A DNA stretch of 64,000 bases from Raillietiella orientalis. Lineage: Eukaryota. The translations under genes were made by a program, and so were the position numbers. Shown here one piece after another: positions 36,201 to 47,655 of the stretch (position 1 is its first letter; each line of letters begins with the position of its first letter). The DNA is taken from NCBI GenBank assembly GCA_036172245.1, contig JAYWIR010000021.1, positions 1,364,001 through 1,428,000 of the forward strand, read 5' to 3'. Under the pieces are notes generated by a model. It had not been told where the DNA came from. It saw nothing but the letters and a program-made list of their open reading frames with translations, and ran no database searches.

Positions 36201-39200
36201 GCAGCTCTGCCGCCGGCTGGGGGAAAGATTCCTTCCTCCCCTCCCCACGCGTGGCGTCCGTCTCGGAGAAAGGTCGCCCACTCCCTCCCGAGCCGGATAG
36301 CTCACGGTTCGAGGACCCTCCGGTCGAAGAAGGAATTCCCGAGAATTCGAGTGTCGCCTGGAGGAGTCCGTGACGGTAGGAGGCGCCTGCTCGCTGCTGC
36401 TGCTGCCGCACGCCCGGCGGGGCACCCAGGAGAGCCGAACGTGGTGTGCCTACGGGGTTAGAACGGTACCCAAGCCTGGATCCGGACGCTCTTTCCCCGA
36501 GGAGAAACAGCCCTGGGTCAAGGGGGACACTGGCAACTCATTCGGAGGGCATTCGGGCGCTTCGGGCGTTTTGCCTGCCCCACCGTGCGTGGTCCTTTTC
36601 CAAACGCGTGGCGTACATGGGGGGTGATTGTCGATGAGAGTGATGCCCCAACGTAGCCACACTGGGGAAGAGGGCACCTCTGTGGTCATGAGTGAGGGGG
36701 AGGGCGGGTGGTACCTGGGCAGCTCACGTCACCCAGCAGGGCGCTACACCGTCACGGCAGAGCATCAGAGGGCGCGGTGCAATGGAGTAGGCAGCAGACG
36801 CGTGGTGTCCGCCTACCAATAAGCCAAGTCCCACTCCCGCAATTCAAGAAAATCGATGCGGCGGTGTTGTGGTGGTGTTTTCTCTATGATTTCATGGAGG
36901 TTGTGTGGAACACCGCCAGCTCGCCAGCTGTTGGCGAGCGGACCAAAACCACCTCTCCGGCACGCGTGCGGCGGCGGCGACCACCATTGCCCTCCCGGAG
37001 TCCCTCTCGAAATCGCAAAGGAACCGCCACCACGAGGAACCGCGAGGGGCCAAAGTCCAGGCGCGTCCCCGAGGACACACCGAGGACCATCCGAGTGCGA
37101 CGGCAACTGACTGATGGGTGGGTGCTGAACTTTCGATCATCCGCCCCTCGCGGAGGGCAATTCTTAGGAGGTTCCCTAGGTAGAGACTGACCCTCCTCCT
37201 CCGTCAGATTCGCATCCTCCGGCACTCGTCGTTCAGCTGGGATGGGTGGCAGAGACGAGGGGGAGAGGGGGAGATGCAGACATCCAGATGCGTCCCCAGC
37301 CTCGCTCCCCTGCTCTGGACCAAGCGTCGGACTGACCATATCTGGAGGCGGCTAGGACACCACGTGCTGGTCTCCAGTGGGTGTGGCTGCAGAGGCTGCG
37401 GATCCAGAAAGAGAACCTTTCTCCACCTCTCCTCTCCTTCTGCGAGTCTTTCGATGGGCGGCAGGGAAAGGAGGGAGCGGGGGTCGATGGAGACTTCCGA
37501 AGAGACCCGGGACGCGTACAACCTCTCCACTGCCTGCAGGGAAGAGAAAGGGAATGTCTCGCTGACGCCTTCTCTCTCCCCCTTCCCTCGTCCTATTCTG
37601 GATGGGAAGGTGGGAGAAGAGTTCTCCCTTTGGTGACCAATGGATGCTTGAGTGCGCTCCCCCACAGACAAAAGGGGTGAAGGCAGTGCAAAAGAAGGCG
37701 ACGTGTTCCTGACCTTTGGTCAGCGGTTCGTCGCCTCTGCTGGGACGGCGTGTGCACACGCCACCCTAGCGTCGGCCGGGGAAGGCTGCTGAAGAGTGAG
37801 AGGGAAGAGTGGGCACTGCTCACCCTGGAGAGGTGTCAACAGAAGAGCGCAAGGGTCACCTGCCGACCTTCTGTTCCGCAGCCATGAAGAACTCAGGCGG
37901 GCGGCAATCTTGCTCTCTCCTTTCGCCCTTCCACCTCCTCCTTCTCCTCCTCACGCACTCACTGTATCCGCAGCCCCTGAGGCAGTGGGTCAGTCGTGTT
38001 ACTGGCGCTCGCGTGAGGCGTCGGACCGTCCGCGAGAGGGGCGCGGCAGCGCTGCGCTTCGTGCGCCCAGGAATTCTTGCAGGTAGCCGCTGAGCGCGCC
38101 CTCGCAGTCCACGGTTCCGGTCGCCGGAGCTGCTGTCTTGCCCTTCGATCCCTTCTCTCCTCATCCTGGGGAGATTCGTGGGCCTCGATCCCTGCTCCCG
38201 GTCGAAAGAAAGGGTTCTTCCGACCTCTCGGAAAGAGCTGAGGCTCTTTCTCTTGCCGCACTCTCGGCTGCAAGGGCGCCTTCGAGGGCAACGGCAAAGC
38301 AGGACAGGAGGGCACCCCACGCGACCCCGTGGCACCAGCCGAATCGCCTTCTCAAAAGCGCATGAGGAGGCAAGGAATGTAAGCGCTTCGCTGCCGGGAA
38401 CGTCTCTCGCCTGCCTGGGCGCGCGCGTCGCGCTCAGCGGCGCCTCCCGGAGCGCGCTCCGGCCTTTGCGCCCTCTCCTCCCGCGTTCCCGCTCGCCTAC
38501 CGCGCCACCCGCTTCCTCGAAGCGTGCCTCAACAGACTGCCTTCGCGGCCTCCCCTGCTTCGCGCGCACGGTCCGTACCGCAGCCTCCCGGTGGGCGCAT
38601 CGCGCTCCACCCTCTCGCCGACGGGCGACGCACTACGCTCGCCTATCCCCCTCAGCTTCCGCCAGAGGAGCAGAGCTTTCCTCTCCCTCCCCCCCTTCCT
38701 CCCGAAGGAAAGGGAGAGGGGTCTTCCGGTCCCGGGAGGGCCTAGAGGGCATCCTCGGAGTCCCACGCCCTTTTCCGCATCTTCGGAGGAAGTGGGTTGG
38801 TCGGTGCAGAAGCGCGGCGGACGAGCCGCCGCGTATCCATAGCGACTCGGCGCTCGTCCCTCTTTCACGATCCGAAATGCAGGCGGGCCGACGATGGAGA
38901 CGGCGTCCCTCTGTGGGGCGGCTGGAGGCAACGGCGCCCCGTTAGTCGGGATGTGACGTCACTCCGACGACTGAAGCCGCGCGGGCGGAACTCCAGGCGG
39001 CCGGCAGCTTCTGTCGCGGCAGCCGCGAGTTCGGCGTCGGCGGAAAAGGGGTCGGCTCTCCGGTTCCCCAGAATCGGGAGCACCGGAGCGTGGGCGAGGA
39101 AGAGGTCGCTCGCGGTTTTCCCCGAGTCCGAGGTCAGCCGGGGGGGCCAGGAAAGGGAGGAAGAGGGGAGGAGGGACGATGCCGATGAGCACCTGCGCGC

Positions 39201-40931
39201 AGGTTCCAGGAGAGGCGGCGAGGCCCGCGGCGCAACCCGGAACTAGCCTTCCTTTCGCCCGGCCCACTCGCGGCGGGCGGTGGCTCGCCGCCTGCCGTTC
39301 TCAACCGGAAGCAACGTCGTCGCCGATCGCGTGGGAGAGGCCTCAAGGGGAGAGGGCGCCTTTCTTCGACCTCCAACCTCCAGTAGCTACAGAAAACTCA
39401 CGCACGCACACACCCGACCCCCCCCCCTCCCCTCCCCCACGTTGAAGGAGACGGGAGCGAGGACCTTCCCGCCCATGCCCTTGCCTGAGGGAGGTTGACT
39501 GGCAGGGCTTCACCTCCGTAGCGACACCTCTTCCTCTCCCCCTCCCTCCCTCTCTCCCCACTCTCTTTGCGCACCCCGTGAAGACTGTAAGTTCTCGACC
39601 TTCCGTCTGCCCGCTGACGTCACCAGACGGGATTGGGCGGCGGTGTTTCCGCGGAGGTTTTTCGACAAGGTGGCCTTTCGCCGCAGGCCCGCCCGCTCCC
39701 CAGAGGACGCTCGGAGCGATTCCCCTGCCCGGCAACAGGGTCGGCCCCCTTTGATCTCCCCCCGCCAATCTTCCATCAGCCTGGCTGTCCCTTTCACTCC
39801 TTCCGCGGGGCCCTCCCCTTCCACCTTTGATGTCGGCCGCCCACTTCTTTCTCCCTGAACGTGCCTGGCCCCGCCGGGGCCTTGACCGTTCGAGATCAGT
39901 CAGACGGGAGGAGGAGGATGCGGGGCTGGGGGCTGGATGCAGACGGACAGGAAGGGGCGACTAGGGAGCGCGGCCGAGGAAGGGGGAAGCTTCCTCCCTC
40001 CCTCCCGTCTATCACGCGTTGGGCAGTAAACGAGTAGGAGGGGGAAGAGATGAGAGCGCTCCACCGCCGACGGCCAAACTGCCTGGCGCACCGCACCCAC
40101 GAAGGTGCGACCAGCGTCGCTGCAGAAACGGCAACAGCCAGAGGGCACACTCGACGGCTCCCTCCAGGAGAGGTCGGTAGGGGGAGGGGAACAAGTGTTA
40201 CGTGCTCTCTGGGAGTCGCTACTCCCCTCGCGTGCTCCTTAGTCACGTGCGCGTGTCAGGAGGAGGCCGACGCGCTCGGCAGGAGCGCCTCCCCTGCAAC
40301 TGAGGCGTCAGCAAACAAATCGCAAAATGCCCGCGGGGTTGCGCGAGGCGCTTCCCAAAGGCAACGAAACGCGTGCGTCGCCTGCTCTCCGCGAGACCTG
40401 TCTCGGGGTGGGAGGGGGGGGGGGAGAGACAAGAGCTCGGCTCGTCTGTTGCGCCCGTGTCGAAGAAGCGAACAAACAGATCGTAAAGAGCCAGCGGGTA
40501 CGCGGAACGCTCCGAAGGAAAGCATCGAAGAGAAAACAAGACACAGATGCTCGTTTTCTGCTCCAGCTGGGAGTCTTTTTCGTCTTTTTTTTCTTTTTGG
40601 TTTGTTTGTCTTGTCGGTTGCAACGCCTCGCTCTCTGCCAGAGTCCCCAGACGCGGAGCCGAGGGGCGAAAACTCTGCCATCTCCTCGCGGGTCGACAAA
40701 CTACTTTTGGGAAGCGCGCTTCCCTGCAGCGAATGGGCACAACAAGCGCTCCCGAGGTGAGGGAGCAGCACGCCGGGCACGGCGCTGCTGGACCTGAGAG
40801 AGAGAGAGAGCCTTCGCAAGTTCCAGAGGGAAAACTGGGTCCGTGCCATCTCGCGGCCTACCAGAGAACTACCTTTGCAAAAGCACACCGGTTTGGGGAA
40901 AGGAGTTCCGGAACTACGAAATGGAAAAAGG

Positions 40932-41480
40932 TCAGCACGGTCGGAGGTGACACGAACGACGGTCGTCTTTGCGCACGTCGTCGTTGCGGATGGTGTGCGC
41001 GCCACCATGGGATCCAGAATGATGATCGGCTCTCTGATGCTGCTCCGAGCGAGCAACGAGCTCGCAGACCCCGGACCGCATCAGCCGGTAAAGGAGGAGG
41101 AGACGCCTCTCTTCCTGTTGTCCTCCTCCCTGCTCTCCGGCCGGAGCCGCTGGAAGGGAAGGGGGGGGGGCGCAGCAGCGAGGCGATCGACTGGGATCAG
41201 GGGGGAAACGCGCGTGCGTGCGCGCTTCCGCAGGTCCCCTCGTCTCCTCGCTGAAGGAATGAAGGGCGGCAGCCGGATGATGGTTCCGCGGTTGCACAGA
41301 GACGGCTGCGCTGCTTCTCTCAGGCCGAGCCAAAGACTCTGCTGCTCTGCGGCGCACCCCCTCAGCAGCTGCTGCTGCTGCTGCAAAATGGCCGCCGCCG
41401 GGTAACTGTGTCAGTAGGCTAGAGGCACACAGACAGACAACAAGGTGGACCGAGATCGATGAGCCCCGCGCCCGCTTCAT
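40932..41480 (-). CDS. Possible secreted precursor-like protein (182 aa if unspliced; structure uncertain)
   Basis: MKRARGSSISVHLVVCLCASSLLTQL resembles a signal peptide; poly-Ala and several basic clusters (RRR, RR, RK); strong acceptor CCCTTCCAG near 41150. No recognisable homology. Confidence 0.3.
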   Translation of the reverse strand: MKRARGSSISVHLVVCLCASSLLTQLPGGGHFAAAAAAAEGVRRRAAESLARPERSSAAVSVQPRNHHPAAALHSFSEETRGPAEARTHARFPPDPSRSPRCCAPPPSLPAAPAGEQGGGQQEERRLLLLYRLMRSGVCELVARSEQHQRADHHSGSHGGAHTIRNDDVRKDDRRSCHLRPC

Positions 41481-43089
41481 GGAGATTTCCAAAGGCCTCG
41501 GGGCGAGGCAAACGCGAGGACGGTAGGCTGGGAATGTGGTGAAGGAGAGCGGGCTCGCGCCATAGGCAGGAAGGACCCCAGGGAGTACGGCTCAAGAGTG
41601 GGACCTTCGCCCCTGGCCACCTTCCCGGTCGTCGTCGGAGGCATCCTCTTCCAGCAGAGGGGGGATCGTCTCCCCTTAGGGGATGGGGGGGGGGTTCGTC
41701 GTCAAGGGAGTCGTCGTCGTCAGGGCACGCGTGCACGAACGGAGAGAGGCGAAGGCATGGGGAAATTTTGGCGATTCCTCCTCCAGCCCGCAGGGTTGGT
41801 CTGAGGAACGAGGGTATGGCAACAGCGTCCCGGCGACCTTCGAGGAACGCCTGCATCCCGCGACCGGAAAAGAATGGTCAGGTGCGCCTCCAGGAGGGGT
41901 GCGGTGTCGTCGCCCTCCTGCGCTGCTGCTCCTTCTTGCTCCTTGGTTCCCCCCCCCCTTCCCCGACGCCGTCCAATCACAGCGCTCCCCCCTCCGTCGG
42001 TGGTGACCTCTCGCCGCCGCCGTTCATGTCACTGGACACTCCCTGAAACAGTGGTCGGTCCGGACGGCATCCTGCACGCCACGGCTCCCGTCTCCGCTCA
42101 GTCGCTCCCGGAAGATCCCCCGGCGAACGGAGGAAGAAGCGCGCGTCCGGCAGCAGAGCGATCCGAGCTCCCGCGGCGGCGGCGGGAGGAAGTAGCTGCA
42201 CCTTCCAGCAGCTCCTCGCCTCTTCCCTCGTTGCCAGGGTGCGCCCAGCAGCTCGAGATGGAACCCACCCCGCGGGCAGACGGCCGCAGGGCCGTGCGCA
42301 CCGGCCTTCATCTCGTGGTTCTTCGGGAGGAGTAGAGCCTCCCGCGGGGATGGGGAGGGGGGAGGAAGGGTCCTTCGTCTCACGGACAGCCCCGCCGAGG
42401 GGACTCTTGGAGCGGGCAGCCCTGCCGGGGCTCCATAGGAAGCATACGGGACAACCGCACCACGGGACTCCTACCTGCCCGTCAGATGCCGCGGCTCTCC
42501 CTCTTCCCCCCGTCTTCCCCTCTCCTTCCTGTCCCACCTACTCAGCAAGGCGAAGACGCCACCAGGGCGGAAGTGGAAGCGGTCCGAGAGCTTCGCGGCG
42601 AGGCAGAGGTGCCTGGACGCACACCGTGGCAAGAAGGCGGCTGCGCTCTTCTTCTTTCCTTTCCTCTTTTCTGCCTCCCCCCTCCCCTTCCCCCTCCTTC
42701 TCTCTTCGAAAAGTGGGGGGAAAGAGTGGACGGACCCTGCGCAGCTCCCGACCCGAGGGCTTGGGCTGCCGCGGAGCCGCTGACTCTGCATCCGGGTTCG
42801 CGTGGACCACCAGCCGCTGCCGCCCGTCGCTCCTCGGACCTGTCATCGGCGCAGCCGACCCGGAAGCGATGACCTCTGCCTCCGTTTCCTCCCCGGAAGG
42901 CGCGTCGGGGTGCCTCCTCAGGCAGGACGCGCTCCGAGGAGGTGCGGAAGAAGTGGAGGAGGAGGACCTCCGGCCGTTCACCCGTTCTGGGATGCCGGGA
43001 GCATTTTGCTTCCTGCTTTCTTTTTTCTTTTTGGGGTTCCTACGGAGTGCCGAAGAACCCTTCGCCTCCTGGAGGAAGGGGTCACAAAG

Positions 43090-43650
43090 CTCCTTTGCAG
43101 ACTGCCCACGACACCCGAGGGTCTTCAAGTTATAAGAAGTGACCCCGGAGGGACCACCCTGTGTATCCAGGAAGGCTGCGGAGGAAGGAATCCTTTCCGT
43201 TTGTTAGGAAACTCCAAAAGGAATCCTCGCCCTGGTTGTCTCCGGAGGGACCCCCCGGAAAGGATCCGCTCCTGGTTTCCTCCTCCTCCGAAGAGAACCC
43301 CGAAGGGGACGCTTCCGGATATCTCTCAAGGACGCTCTTCTTGCACTCTGGAGAGGCGATCCCCTAAGGGGGAATCAACCAGCTCAATGCTACGAGATGG
43401 AGGGTCACCCCGAGGGGAAGGGAGGGAGGAGGGCTTCGTTTTTACAACTGGAAATGGGGGACCCTGAAGGACTCCTGGATTTCAGCCAACGAGGGCATCC
43501 GGGTTTAGCCAGCGCCCCACCCGATTCCCGGGGGCCGACCAACGTCATCGTGAGGGGGAGACTCGAGACCCCCCGTTCTCGGCTCCGGCGCATCCCCGGT
43601 AGGATTCGAACCCGCGACGCCTGGCGCCTGAGGCCGCCGGCGTGGGCTCG
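43090..43650 (-). mobile_element. Putative tRNA-derived SINE, most complete copy (~550 bp)
   Basis: Pol III B-box GGTTCGAATCC (43612-43602, minus strand) in the head; head and body align with 52250-52730, and body with 13725-14065. Confidence 0.7.
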
Positions 43651-46574
43651 CTGCTCCAGCGAACGCAGCAGCCCGGGGCGGATGCGCTTGTTCCTTCCTG
43701 CACCCACATCTCGCGGGCAAGCGAATGTGCAGTGCGCCGCGAGGGATGGATCTGCCGGCTGCGGAGGACTCTCTTTCCATCCCTTCTCCGAGCTTCCCGC
43801 CCTCGCTGTCCCTTTTTCATCTTTCCCGCCGCCACCCCTCCGGAGCATTCAGCACGAGCCCTGCGGGGAGGCGCGGCGACCCTCACTCAGACTCGAACTC
43901 CTTGATCCCACTTCTCCGGTTGAGCTCCCTGGAGACGTGAGGCGCCCCTGCCCCAGCCGCGCGTTCCCTCCACCCTCTTTCGCCCGCCTCCGCCACGAAG
44001 ACCCGGTCTCTCGAGGTGCTTCGCAAAAGGGACGGCTGGGGGTGGGGACACCACCCCTTTTCGGCACGTGCTGCCCCCTCGATTACGTGAAAGGAGATCG
44101 CCGGAGGGAGTCAGCGGCAAGCAGAGATGTGGGGCGCGCTGCGGCCAACGGGCCCCCGAAGGGTCGCCGTTCCCTCAGAGGAAGGACGGCCTCCTCTTCA
44201 GGCCGGAAGCGAGGTGCAAGGGGTGCTGCTGGCGTAGGCTGCGGGAAGCTGCGCAAGCGGCCTCTTCTCGCCACGCGTGATCCCGCTGCAGAGGGAGGTG
44301 GGAGCCACCGCAGCGAGCCTTCCGAAGGAGCGCCTCGAGAAAGCTCTGGAGCTGGAGGGAAGAGGCGCCGTTCAGGTGCAGCCACAAGACGTCACTGGAG
44401 TCTCTCCTGCTTCTTCCCTTACGGCAGCATCCGTTCCGGGGACCGATGCGAGGCAGTCGCGTTGCTAAGCAGCGGGAGAAATCAACTACATCCCGAGTTC
44501 CAGGGTGGCTTCTGGTGGCCATCGCAGCAAGTTCGCCCGCTGACCAGAAGGCTGAATAGATCTCATCACGCGCGCGGGAGTCGCGAGCCGCCGCTCTCGA
44601 GAGGAGGAGGCCAAGGGCCGCTCCTCCGGCGCGCGCGCGGGCGATCCCCTCGAGACCTTGGCACTCGAGGCGAAGTCAAAGAGCCCCAAGGACAAACCGG
44701 CAGCGGACTCGGAACGCTCTTGCGAGTCTCTCCCGATCGGTCTTTCCCCGATGACCTGAACCCGGATCCCGGGTGCTCCTTCCACCTCTAAAAAAGCCGC
44801 CGCTCCTGGATCGCCGATGGTTGAGTTCCGTTTGGACGCCAGAATGGACGGTCAGAAGATCTCCGGGTCTTTCTCTCGTAGGCAGCGGGAAGGGGTCCAC
44901 GGAAGGGAAGGGGGGAAAGAGAAGGGGAAGGTAGCGGGTCGGATGGGAGAAGATCTGTGGTTTCGGGATCCCTCCTTTCTTCCCGCACCTCGCATGCCAG
45001 GTGAAGCAGGAGCGCGAGTACGAGCGGAGCTACCATGGCGTAGGAAACGCTCCTGCGCCAGCCCGGAGGCAGTTCGTCCCGATTCCGCTCAACCAATGAG
45101 CTGCCCGGCAGCGCCTGCAAGGAGATTCACGGGGAACGACTGTTGCGTCGAAGTTCCCAGACCATCTCTAGGCGACAGCCGAAGGAACAGGAAGAGACAC
45201 TCGTTGCGTTGTCCCGAGAGCGCGCGCAGGAAGGATGTGCCGCGAGATGGGGACCGAAGGTACTGGTCTGGACGTCCGCCCGTCCTCCCCCGACTCTTCC
45301 GTCTTGCGGCATCTCCCCTCAACCCCTTCTCCCGAGACCTCGACGTTCTCTGAATCCTGAACGGTCTCCAGGGAACGGTGCACCGGGAAGACGTTCGCAG
45401 CATCGCCTCAGGCAAAAAAGGGCGGTCGCTTCGCCCCCAACAGAGGTTACCCGTATCCCTCGCTGGCGATTGGGTGGCAGACCGGAAGTTGGCCTCAAGT
45501 GCGGGAAGCTCCGTCGGGAGGTCCGGAACAAAAGTGGCCCGAGAAGTCCTCCGATCGTCATGTGAGAGCGGGTCGATTAGGGCGGAGGGCATAGTGGCAT
45601 AGCAGGCGGTCCTCCCCATGGGTGTGAAGACTTTGAATGAGACTCCTCGGGAGTAAGGGGCAATCGGAACGCCCTGGAAGCGACGAGGAGGAAGAGGAGG
45701 AAGGGGGAGGCGAGGGCAGGATGCGGCGAAGGGCCGCTTCCATCTCCTCTCTTCCCCCGTGGCTAGCCTCCGGCAAAGATGGCTAGTCTCAGGGGACCTC
45801 CCTGCTCTCCACCCAGCCCGTACGCCGCCGCGGCCTTGACTCACCCGAGAAACCAATCCCGATGCCCCGATTCCTTCCTTCCTTTCTTCAGAAAGGAGCC
45901 GATTTCCTCGGAGGAAACGGTGGGAGGCTATTGGAGATACCCACTGCCTCACCGTCTCTCCCTGACGACGAGGACCAGGAGGTCTGGGCCTCGACGAAGG
46001 AAAGGACGGGGAGTCCACCCCTTTTCCTGCACCTCGCCTTTCCGAAGGCGCAGCAGAATCCTCGGCAGAAAGAGGGGTGAACATAGGGAATAGAGATGAG
46101 AGGTGGACCCAGAACTAGTATTCACATGATGGGAGGACGCCTGTCTTCCCCACCCCCCTTCCCCTGCTGCTGCTTCCTCCCCCTCTCCGGAGGCATAACC
46201 CTCGGGCCCTCACCGTGCCGAGGGGAGGACTCGCGAATGTCAAGCAGCCTCGCCCTGTCCTTTCTCCTCCTCCTCTTTCGGGTCCTTCCGGGATAGCCGA
46301 GAGTGGAGGCTGTTGTTCTGCCTCCAGGACAACAGCCTTAGGTTCCTCCAAGTGTTGCCGACCGCGTCTCCCCGAGGGCCGTTGAGAGCCTGCGGCAGGG
46401 AGGAGGACGAAGGGGTCCCTCACCTCTTGAGGGCGCGCGCGGCCCCTCCGCAGCGCCGGTGAGCCGTCGCCGACGCCATCGCGGAGGGGATATCGGACGG
46501 CAGTCTCCCCCCCTCCCCCTCCCCTCCTCCCCGAGGAAATCGGGCGGCAGTAGAAGAGTCGGGAGATACGGAGC

Positions 46575-46580
46575 TTTATT
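46575..46580 (-). promoter_or_regulatory. AATAAA poly(A) signal of paralogue P3
   Basis: About 28 nt after the P3 stop at 46608. Confidence 0.7.
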
Positions 46581-46607
46581 TGCAGACGAGGGAGCCGAGC
46601 GAGGGGG

Positions 46608-47414
46608 TCACCCGCCGATCCCTCCTCCGCCTCCGGCTGCGGGACGTTCCGGGAAAACGGTGGAGAGAGGACCGGCCGTCTCTGCGGAAGCGTCACTGCG
46701 GGCCGACTTGCCTCCGCCCCATCCATCCTCCACTTCCTCGAAAGGCGGCGGTCGTCCCCGTAGGCAAGAGGACGCGAGAGGGCGTCTGCAGTCTCCCGAG
46801 GACCGCGATGCCTCCTTTAGGACTCCCTGGACCTCGCACAGCAGCGCCACCACCTCTCCCGCCTTCCTCTCCTCTCCGGACCTGCAAAAGGGAAGGGGGG
46901 AGCAGGTGATTTGTCTCCGGGAGAATCGATCGGGGGACAGGGGTCAAGGGGAAAGAAAGGGTTCCTTCTCCCGTCCTAGGGAGGGACGCCTTGGGAAGAA
47001 GGTCGTTTCCTTCCTCTTCTCCCTTTTCTCCCAGTTCTCCTTGTGCACTCACGTGTTCCCGATGCGGAAGTCCCGTAGGGCGGCCTCGATGCTCCTGGAG
47101 AAGGCGGCTGCCCTGCGCGGCTGCCAACAGGCGGCGCTCCGCACGCATTCGCGCAAGGTGGGCTGCTCTTCCAGACCGAAGAGGGGCAGGGAACCCTCCT
47201 CCTGCGGAATTTGCAGAGACCTCCCCAGAAAGGGGATGGACGGATTCAGGGGCGTCCTCACGAGCTCCTTCAGGACGAGCAGCAGCAGCGCCAGGCTCCT
47301 GAAGGGGTTCAGAACGAGAACCTCGCTGTAGGGCATGTTCGGTATCAGCTGCCTCCCGGTCTCCACGGGCCCGTGCTGGAAGACCCCATGCATCTCCGCC
47401 GGCGCCGCAGCCAT
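46608..47414 (-). CDS. Divergent family paralogue P3 (211 aa; exons 47414-47053, 46881-46608), no visible signal peptide
   Basis: TGRQLIPNMPYSEVLVLNPFRSLALLLLVL...FLGRS...ECVRSAACWQP; phase-2 GTGAGT...TTTTGCAG intron; exon 2 VQGVLKEASRSSGDCRRPLASSC plus a Gly-rich tail; TATA box upstream and AATAAA downstream. Confidence 0.75.
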
Positions 47415-47649
47415 CCCTTCGTCCCTTCCAAGAAAGGGCGAAGTCTTCTCGGTCCTTCTCGCTCTCTTTTCCCGACTGGGGCTCTCCGTCCGGGATCACA
47501 AAAACGCCTGCAAGGGGGAGCGACGCTGCTTCCCATCACTGCACATCAAGGTCTTCCCCCTGCCCTGCCTTCTTTCTGGCCTCCCCTGCCCCGCGCCCGG
47601 GAGCACTCCCGCTTTTCGCCCACTCCCGGTTCGACCACGTCCCGCGCGC

Positions 47650-47655
47650 TTTATA
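47650..47655 (-). promoter_or_regulatory. TATAAA, candidate P3 promoter
   Basis: ~240 bp upstream of the P3 ATG on the same strand; X-box-like GTAGCCATGGCAGC at 47994-48007. Confidence 0.55.

Noticed and set aside
41078..41083. In-frame TGA followed by TGC joining two ORFs (possible selenocysteine)
   Set aside because: No selenoprotein-like context and no SECIS element identified
43585..43660. tRNA gene suggested by GGTTCGAATCC
   Set aside because: I could not fold a cloverleaf, and similarity continues for about 500 bp into a dispersed repeat, so it is treated as a SINE head
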